NCBI GenBank assembly: GCA_965224465.1
Contig: OZ245049.1
Coordinates: 3,060,001 to 3,092,000, forward strand
Direction: 5' to 3'
Source of the DNA: Flavobacteriaceae bacterium
GTDB taxonomy: Bacteria; Bacteroidota; Bacteroidia; Flavobacteriales; Flavobacteriaceae
Length of the DNA stretch: 32,000 nt
The notes beneath the pieces were generated by a model. It saw only the letters and a list, made by a program, of their open reading frames with translations. It ran no database searches and was not told where the DNA came from. A program made the translations under genes and the position numbers. Each line of letters opens with the position of its first letter. Position 1 is the first letter of the stretch. Positions 19,051 through 25,640 of the stretch are shown piece by piece.

Positions 19051-19893
19051 ATGGAAAACCAACAAAATAAACTAATCGTATTCCAAGATAAAAATATTCG
19101 TAGAATTTGGCACGAAAACGAATGGTTTTATGCTGCTGTTGATGTTATAGAAGTCCTCACAGAAAGTTCTAAACCAAGAGATTATTGGTATCGAGTAAAA
19201 AAAAGAGCCTCTGAAGATGAAAAAATGGAGTTGTCGACAATTTGTCGACAACTGAAGGTTCAATCGAAAGATGGTAAAAAATATAATACTGATTGTTCTA
19301 ATACTGAAGGTGTTTTTAGAATAATACAATCAATTCCATCACCCAAAGCAGAACCATTTAAAAGATGGTTAGCAAAAGTAGGAAAAGAAAGGTTAGATGA
19401 AATAGAAAATCCTGAGTTGGCTCAAGAGAGAATGAAAGAACTCTATGAACAAAAAGGATATCCTAAAGATTGGATTGATAAACGATTGAGAGGAATTGCC
19501 ATTCGTCAAAACCTAACAGATGAATGGAAGCAAAGAGGGATAAAAGAACATAGTGATTATGCTATTTTAACTGCTGAAATATCAAAAGCCACTTTTGGAA
19601 TGACACCAAGCGAATACAAAGAATATAAAAATATACCTATAAAATCTAAAATCAATTTACGTGATAATATGGACGATTTAGAATTGATTTTTTCAATGTT
19701 AGGAGAACGTGTTACTACTGAAATATCAAAAAAAGAAAAACCGAACACCTTTTTAAAAAATAAAAAAGTAGCACAAAGAGGAGGGAAAGTTGCAGGAAAT
19801 GCATTAAAAGAAACTGAAAAGGAATTAGGAAGAAATGTTATAACAGACAAAAATAATTTAGATAGCGATAACCAATTAAAATTAGACGAATAG
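19051..19893 (+). CDS. Bro-N domain-containing protein (phage antirepressor-like)
   Basis: N-terminal Bro-N pattern (VFQDKNIRRIWHENEWFYAAVDVIEVL ... EGVFRIIQSIPSPKAEPFKRWLAKV). The C-terminal region (YAILTAEISKATFGMTPSEYKEYK) is common in Bro-N/KilA-type mobile-element proteins. Confidence 0.8.
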   Translation: MENQQNKLIVFQDKNIRRIWHENEWFYAAVDVIEVLTESSKPRDYWYRVKKRASEDEKMELSTICRQLKVQSKDGKKYNTDCSNTEGVFRIIQSIPSPKAEPFKRWLAKVGKERLDEIENPELAQERMKELYEQKGYPKDWIDKRLRGIAIRQNLTDEWKQRGIKEHSDYAILTAEISKATFGMTPSEYKEYKNIPIKSKINLRDNMDDLELIFSMLGERVTTEISKKEKPNTFLKNKKVAQRGGKVAGNALKETEKELGRNVITDKNNLDSDNQLKLDE

Positions 19894-20004
19894 CCAACGA
19901 ATAAGCCATACATCTTTTTAATTCACTAAAGCCCTAGTCGCAAACCTAAAATTGCAAAAGAGTATGTCTTGCGACGCTATCAGCAGGATGTAAAGAATTA
20001 CCAG

Positions 20005-20262
20005 TTGCCAATAACTAAACGTTCGTGCGGTGCGCGCCCAGTACGAACATCCTGTTGACTATACCGGCTCAAAAGATGATACTATGAGGTTGGCGCAATT
20101 AATTAAGAGGCTATCAACAAAGACCTTAATAGGTACCACCTATTTTTAGGTCATTTTCTCTCACGCTCTTTTGTGGGGATATCTTTTTACTGTTTTTAGA
20201 TACGGATAAGTGTTGGTCAGCAGTATTTTGGCATGCGTTTCCCCTTTCGTGGCTACGTTTGT
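20005..20262 (+). repeat. R2 conserved ~260-bp element, copy 1 (candidate structured RNA / cassette right flank)
   Basis: Aligns end to end with 23408-23672. GC-rich hairpin 20021-20028/20041-20048, long-range helix 20053-20058/20114-20119, and an identical hairpin gacct..taggt-acc-accta..aggtc (20122-20152) followed by a U-rich tract. Confidence 0.75.
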
Positions 20263-20522
20263 TTTTTAACAACGCTAGTACGTAAACCAACCTATTTATA
20301 TCGGTTATTTTGGATTGTAATTGGTGTTAGGTTATGCTTCTCCAAAAACCACAGAGATTTACACCAAGTCCATCGAAATTAACAATAAAAAGATTAAAGG
20401 ACCGCTTGAAAACTTAAAAAATTTGAATACTTTTAACAAAAAAACAAATAATCACTCATTCTACTCTAGCTATGTTAGAAATAACAGCTACTCTAAGAGT
20501 TCTATAGTCGATATACGGGTGT
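20252..20522 (+). repeat. R1-long: R1 core plus tyrosine-recombinase 3'-end remnant plus shared leader (cassette 2 left flank)
   Basis: R1 core 20252-20325. 20324-20443 reads VLGYASPKTTEIYTKSIEINNKKIKGPLENLKNLNTFNKK (recombinase C-terminal tail), preceded by an in-frame TAA. It ends with gatatacgggtgt (20510-20522), 22 nt before the GHKL gene ATG. Track ORF 20321..20572 is this remnant, not a gene. Confidence 0.8.
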
Positions 20523-20543
20523 TGCCAGTAATACCAAAACCAA

Positions 20544-22535
20544 ATGCAGAAAGAAGCGAAAATCACATCTAAAGGAATTAAAAAAGTTTTAAAGAACTAT
20601 AATCCTGCTTCTTCTTTTGCCGAATATATTTGGAATGGTTTTGACGCTAAGGCAACCAAAATTGAGATAAACTACGATTCGAACGAATTAGGTAGAATTG
20701 GCTTTATTCAAATTAGAGATAACGGTACAGGAATTGACCTTGAAAACTTGGCATACAAGTTTGATAATTTCTATGAATCCGAAAAGTCCATTCAAATTCA
20801 ATCACCAAAACATTCTTCAATTCTACACGGTAAAAACGGAGTTGGTAGACTTACATTTTTCACTTTTGCTAACGATGCTAAATGGACTACACTTTATGAA
20901 AATAAAGGGATTAAAGGAGGAACAATAAGTATCTCAGCAGAAAACTTAAAAGTTTATGACAACAATTTTGTAAACACAGATTCAAAATTTACTGGAACGA
21001 CTGTTTACTTCACCAACTTGCTTATTGGCCTAGATACATTTCAACAAGAATTGACAAACTATATAAAGAAAGAGTTTTGTTGGTTTTTAGAATTAAACAA
21101 AGAGTATTCAATTCTAATAAATGGAATACCACTAGATTACTCTGATTTAGTTGCAGATAGAGATTCTTTTGAATTAGAAAACAGCAACAGTTTTTTCAAA
21201 ATTAAATATGTCCAATGGACTGAATTATTAAATAAGGAACACTCTAAGTTTTATTTTCAAGATTCTAGTGGAAAAGAAATATATAAAAACTTCACTACAC
21301 TTAATAAAAAAGGAGATTATTACTATCACAGTATTTACATTGAAAGTGATTTCTTTTCACATTTTGATTTTACAAAAAATGAAGAAAGCAATCAAATAAG
21401 TTTGTTTGCTAAAGCAAAATCATCTGTAGAATACAAATACTTAATTAGTAAACTTAACGAATACTTAAAAACCAAACGAAAGCCCTACTTAAGGGCATAT
21501 GCTGAAAGGCTGGTAATGGATTATGAATTAGATGGTATAATACCAACTTATAATAACTCTTGGGAGCAGATTAGAAGTAAAGAGTTAAAAGATACTATTA
21601 TTGGATTATATGAAGTCCAACCTAAAATATTCTCTAATTTAAACCTTGAACAAAAAAAGATATTCGTTCAATTTATAGACTTACTACTTGACTCTAACGA
21701 AAGAGAAAATATTTTCAAAATAATAGAAGGTGTTACCAAACTCGAACCAGAAGAAAGAGAGGACTTATCAAATATTTTACACAAAACAAGTTTAAACAGA
21801 GTCATAGATACTATTAAATTGATTGAAGATAGATACAAAACATATTATCAATTAAAAGAACTTGTGTTTAATGAAGAACTAGGAGCCAAAGAAATTCCTC
21901 ATTTACAAGATTTAATAGAAAATCATTATTGGCTTTTCGGTGAAGAATACCATTTGGTTACAGCTGCTGAACCAAAATTTGAAGAAGCATTAAAAAGATA
22001 TATTTATAAAACAACAGGTGAAATTAAAGACCAAAAAATAAACCATATCGACAAAAACAGAGAAATGGATATTTTTGCTTGCAGACAACATCAAAAAGAC
22101 GCAAAAATTGAGAATATCGTTCTTGAATTAAAACATCCTAAAATCCAACTAGGCGAAAAAGAGTACTCACAAGTAATGAAATATCTAAGTGTTATAAGTT
22201 CAAGACAAGAATTTAACGCACCAAATATGTCTTGGAAATTTTATCTCATAGGCAATAAATTTAATACTAGTCAATTTATTGAGAGACAGATTAAGACAAA
22301 CAAAAACCACGGAGAAGAGTCTTTAGTATACAATGATGAAGGTAGAATTAAGGTTTACGTTAAAACTTGGAGCGAAATATTTACTGAGTTTGAATTAAGA
22401 CATAATTTCCTTGATGAAAAATTAAAATTGGAAAGAGAGAAACTTTATGAATTAAGCAAAGACGCTGACGAAATTGTAGAAAAGGCATTAAATAACACAG
22501 CTATTAGCAAACCTGAAATTGTCGTTCCAAAATAG
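20544..22535 (+). CDS. GHKL (HATPase_c_3/MORC-like) ATPase fused to a C-terminal PD-(D/E)xK, Shedu/DUF4263-like nuclease domain
   Basis: N-box EYIWNGFDAKATKIEI, G1 IRDNGTGID, G2 HGKNGVGRLTFF. C-terminus: NHYWLFGEEYHLV ... REMDIFACRQ ... IVLELKHPK ... QVMKY (a D ... ExK arrangement). No signal peptide. Confidence 0.75.
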   Translation: MQKEAKITSKGIKKVLKNYNPASSFAEYIWNGFDAKATKIEINYDSNELGRIGFIQIRDNGTGIDLENLAYKFDNFYESEKSIQIQSPKHSSILHGKNGVGRLTFFTFANDAKWTTLYENKGIKGGTISISAENLKVYDNNFVNTDSKFTGTTVYFTNLLIGLDTFQQELTNYIKKEFCWFLELNKEYSILINGIPLDYSDLVADRDSFELENSNSFFKIKYVQWTELLNKEHSKFYFQDSSGKEIYKNFTTLNKKGDYYYHSIYIESDFFSHFDFTKNEESNQISLFAKAKSSVEYKYLISKLNEYLKTKRKPYLRAYAERLVMDYELDGIIPTYNNSWEQIRSKELKDTIIGLYEVQPKIFSNLNLEQKKIFVQFIDLLLDSNERENIFKIIEGVTKLEPEEREDLSNILHKTSLNRVIDTIKLIEDRYKTYYQLKELVFNEELGAKEIPHLQDLIENHYWLFGEEYHLVTAAEPKFEEALKRYIYKTTGEIKDQKINHIDKNREMDIFACRQHQKDAKIENIVLELKHPKIQLGEKEYSQVMKYLSVISSRQEFNAPNMSWKFYLIGNKFNTSQFIERQIKTNKNHGEESLVYNDEGRIKVYVKTWSEIFTEFELRHNFLDEKLKLEREKLYELSKDADEIVEKALNNTAISKPEIVVPK

Positions 22536-22565
22536 AAAGTTTTGTCCATCTTCCAATAGTATTCA

Positions 22566-23396
22566 ATGACCGAAAACAAATACACCAAAGAAACAGACAA
22601 AATTGTAAGTGATTTAATCACTAATCGGATTTTAAGACATACAATTCAGTTTTTCAAAAAAGGAGAGAAACGACTTGAACCATTTGGCTCAGGTGTTTTT
22701 GCGAAAATACATAATGACTATTTTATTTTAACTGCATCACACGTAGCAGATTTTTTTGAAAAAAATCCTAAAGAAGACTTACTAATTCGTGTAAATAAAA
22801 AATCTTATATCAATGTTCTTGGAGATATAAAGTATACTGATATTAAAAAAAGTAAGGGTGTCGATTTAGCTTATATCAAGGTTGACAAACAAATGATTGA
22901 GCCTTTATGCAACCCCTACATTCCTTTAGAAATAGATAAAATAAGAAGTCATCACAATGTATTTCACGCAATGAATTATTGTGTTTTGGGCTATCCTGAA
23001 ACGAATATCACTAAAGATGATGAGCCTTTAGATACTGGAGCGTCTTTTTATTTAACGAGCGCGAGTAAATATAATAGGTATCAAAAATATGGATATGATA
23101 AAAAAGACTATATCATAGTCGATATGCAAGGGAAAGGAAAAGATGTGAAAACGAATAAAAAATCAAAAATAAACACTCACTTTTATGGAATAAGTGGTTG
23201 CGGACTTTGGCTTTTGCTCATCTACAAAAATCCAATTACCGGCAAAGAAGAAATTGATTACCGATTAGTCGGAATAATGTCCGAATTTAAAAACTCAAAA
23301 TATTTTTGTTTAATAGCTAATAAAATTAAACTTTTGATTGAGGCTTTAAAAGTTATCGAAAAACATAAATTTAAAGAAATAAAAATAGAGTATTGA
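22566..23396 (+). CDS. Cytoplasmic trypsin-fold (S1-like) serine protease
   Basis: Catalytic triad in canonical order: His in FILTASHVADF, Asp in GVDLAYIKVD, Ser in YGISGCGLW. No signal peptide. Lies 30 nt downstream of the GHKL gene on the same strand. Confidence 0.75.
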   Translation: MTENKYTKETDKIVSDLITNRILRHTIQFFKKGEKRLEPFGSGVFAKIHNDYFILTASHVADFFEKNPKEDLLIRVNKKSYINVLGDIKYTDIKKSKGVDLAYIKVDKQMIEPLCNPYIPLEIDKIRSHHNVFHAMNYCVLGYPETNITKDDEPLDTGASFYLTSASKYNRYQKYGYDKKDYIIVDMQGKGKDVKTNKKSKINTHFYGISGCGLWLLLIYKNPITGKEEIDYRLVGIMSEFKNSKYFCLIANKIKLLIEALKVIEKHKFKEIKIEY

Positions 23397-23407
23397 AAGA
23401 GTACTAC

Positions 23408-23672
23408 TGGCAATAACTAAGTGTTCGTGCGGTGCGTAGCACCCAGCATGAACATCCTGTTGACTATACCGGCTCAAAAGATGATACTATGGGGATTGCG
23501 CGAAGTTTATTAAGAGGCTATCGACAAAGACCTTAATAGGTACCACCTATTTTTAGGTCATTTTCTCTCACGCTCTTTTGTGGGGATAGTTTTTTACTGT
23601 TTTTTGATACTGATTATTGTTGGTTAGTAGCGTTTAGGCATGCGTTTTCCATTACGTGGCTACGTTTATTTT
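23408..23672 (+). repeat. R2 conserved ~260-bp element, copy 2
   Basis: Starts 12 nt after the protease stop. Same helices as copy 1 (23423-23430/23446-23453 and 23458-23463/23521-23526). The substitutions relative to copy 1 preserve pairing through G-U wobbles on the + strand. Confidence 0.75.
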
Positions 23673-23775
23673 TTTTGTTCGGTTATTAGTACATGCTTTT
23701 ATTCGTTGCAACCAATAGGCAGGAGGTCCTCTTCCGTTAAGCAGATAGACTGTTTTGAGTTTCCCTGTCTTACAA

Positions 23776-23829
23776 TTGTTCTATTTTTTAACAACGCTAG
23801 AACGTAAAACAACCTATTTATATCGGTTA
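23776..23829 (+). repeat. R1 interspersed repeat, copy g (3'-truncated)
   Basis: ttgttctattttttaacaacgctagaacgtaaaacaacctatttatatcggttat, after which similarity stops. It marks the boundary to the PAAR locus. Confidence 0.7.
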
Positions 23830-24096
23830 TAAGATAAAGGTCAAATCGGTACGGTAATTAGATGAATAAAAATACAGGGAAATATAATCTGAAAACCACT
23901 ACTGCGTATAACTATTTTTTGTACTTTTGATTACTGCTTATAGATATATACGTCTTAATAATTAAAATAACCCAATGCTACATCGTAGGTTAAATGGATA
24001 TGCCTTCTTGTTTAGCACTGCTACTGTGAGAATATGGGATTATAAGTAATTTAACACACTCAAGCGGTAGAACATAACATAAAAAACAAATAAATT

Positions 24097-24558
24097 ATGC
24101 CAGGACCAGCAGCAACAATATCGCACATGCACACATGCCCTATGTATAGTGGGACAAGCCCACATACTGGCGGCCCCATTATAGGCCCGGGAGTGCCAAC
24201 AGTTTTAATAGGAGGAAAACCTGCCGCAGTAATGGGGGATCAATGTACCTGTTCGGGACCACCCGATGTAATTGTAGAAGGTGTTTCTACCGTATTAATT
24301 GGTGGGAGACCTGCAGCTACTATGGGATCAAAAACAGGTCATGGAGGCGAAGTAAGCATTGGAAATCCTACCGTACTTATTGGTACAAGATGTAGTGCTC
24401 CTACCGCAATAATGCCTTTGAGTCAAATACCTTTTCCTAAAATCACTCTAATTAATAGAATATTAGGGAATACAAGGCAAGCGCAAGAAAACCAAGAAAA
24501 AATAAAAGAAGAAGCTAAGAAAAATGGATATCTAAGCCTTGTTGATTTTAGTATTTAA
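24097..24558 (+). CDS. PAAR domain-containing protein (contractile-injection spike tip)
   Basis: Repeated PAAR blocks: PTVLIGGKPAAVMGD, STVLIGGRPAATMGS, PTVLIG. Cys/His-rich N-terminus (HMHTCPM, CTCSGPPD). Confidence 0.9.
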   Translation: MPGPAATISHMHTCPMYSGTSPHTGGPIIGPGVPTVLIGGKPAAVMGDQCTCSGPPDVIVEGVSTVLIGGRPAATMGSKTGHGGEVSIGNPTVLIGTRCSAPTAIMPLSQIPFPKITLINRILGNTRQAQENQEKIKEEAKKNGYLSLVDFSI

Positions 24559-24569
24559 TTATAAATGTT

Positions 24570-25640
24570 ATGAAAGTAGAGTACCCATTATTACCTTCTG
24601 ATAAAAAAGATGCTGAAGAATTTACTAAAGAAGAACTTATTTCTAAATATTATGGGCAAAAAAATCGCTTTGGTTTTTTTCCTATAGGACGTTTAAACTC
24701 TTGGCATGGAGGGATTCATATAGAAAGTTCAAGTAGTAAAGTTAGAGCTGTTGCAGATGGAAGAATAATAGCTTATAGAATTACAGAGGATCTTTTGACT
24801 GAAAAAGAAAGGGATAAAAAGTACTCTAACAGTTTTATTCTAATACAGCACAATTTTGAAACTCCTAAAAAACAAAAGTTGCGTTTTTATAGTTTGTATA
24901 TGCATTTACAAACTAAAAATCAATTAGAAAGTGGGTCTGGAAAACATATCCCAAATTTATATGCTAAATATATTGCAAAAGTAACAGGAAAACAGCAACG
25001 AGGTGGACTTAATGCAAGATCTGGTTCTGAAACATATGTTAGCAGTAGTAAAAAATGGGGGAAAATAAAAATGGTTATTTATAAAGACGAAATTGTTAGT
25101 TATGATATATCCCCTATAACTGGAGAAAAAGGGGAAAAGATAATGGGAGCTTCTTTTGCAGATGACCATTGGATTAATGACCATGATTATAAATATATCC
25201 CAATTATATATAAAGGACATAGCGATTTATTTATAGCAAGTTCAGGAACTAGAGTTAAAAATAAAGGTGATGGATGTGTGCAAATAGCCACAGCTGAAGA
25301 CTTCGATAAAAATGACATAAAAGGAGCTATTGTAAGAAATAAACCCAGTACAGGAAGTCGTACCTATGTTCGAACTATTAAAAAAGGAACTAATTTAGGG
25401 CTAGTTGAAATAGTCAATAGTGAATGGGTTAAGTTAAAAGGGAAAGAAGAATATATTCAGAAAAAAGCCCTTAAAATTTCTAAAAAACTAGGCGATCAAT
25501 TTGTGTATAATAAAACAAGTGACACAGCTAATTTAAATAAAGTGCAAAACGTTGATATGCCTATAAAAGCGGGAGATATAATAGGTGTTCCAAGTAAATT
25601 TGAATTGAAAAGCAAGAGCAATATAGTACGGTTCATTTAG
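24570..25640 (+). CDS. Polymorphic effector, N-terminal segment (M23/LytM-like peptidase first half); frameshifted relative to the next segment
   Basis: NSWHGGIHIES...VRAVADGRIIAY and RFYSLYMHL resemble the first two M23 blocks. PIKAGDIIGVPS resembles the pre-HxH block. No signal peptide. Ends at a TAG inside the overlap with the next open frame. Confidence 0.6.
   Translation: MKVEYPLLPSDKKDAEEFTKEELISKYYGQKNRFGFFPIGRLNSWHGGIHIESSSSKVRAVADGRIIAYRITEDLLTEKERDKKYSNSFILIQHNFETPKKQKLRFYSLYMHLQTKNQLESGSGKHIPNLYAKYIAKVTGKQQRGGLNARSGSETYVSSSKKWGKIKMVIYKDEIVSYDISPITGEKGEKIMGASFADDHWINDHDYKYIPIIYKGHSDLFIASSGTRVKNKGDGCVQIATAEDFDKNDIKGAIVRNKPSTGSRTYVRTIKKGTNLGLVEIVNSEWVKLKGKEEYIQKKALKISKKLGDQFVYNKTSDTANLNKVQNVDMPIKAGDIIGVPSKFELKSKSNIVRFI

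Noticed and set aside
20005-20262. R2 as an integron attC site or as a group II intron fragment (it contains gtgcgcgcccag, reminiscent of an intron 5' end)
   Set aside because: At 260 bp it is too long for an attC site, there is no R''/R' core-site symmetry I can point to, and no integron integrase is present. No domain V-like hairpin, intron-encoded reverse transcriptase or exon-junction logic is visible. The resemblance is a few nucleotides only, so I left it as an unassigned structured element.
20321-20572. Track ORF of 83 aa (MVLGYASPKTTEIYTK...) as a real gene
   Set aside because: It is only the C-terminal tail of a tyrosine recombinase, preceded by an in-frame stop. It is duplicated at 18155-18223, where it is further broken, and it runs into the start of the GHKL gene. 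It is a remnant within repeat R1-long.
12-23829. R1 copies as a CRISPR array
   Set aside because: Copies are kilobases apart, in both orientations, of variable length and separated by ordinary genes. There is no regular repeat-spacer periodicity and there are no cas genes.
23922-23929. Bacteroidota-type -7 promoter box (tacttttg matches TAnnTTTG) upstream of the PAAR gene
   Set aside because: A single 8-mer match 170 nt from the start codon in very AT-rich DNA is expected by chance, and I found no properly spaced -33 TTTG. I did not report it as a feature.
25604-25640. Programmed -1 ribosomal frameshift joining the two effector segments
   Set aside because: There is no X XXY YYZ slippery heptamer and no obvious downstream stimulatory structure. 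A 1-nt indel in the A4 run explains the split more simply.
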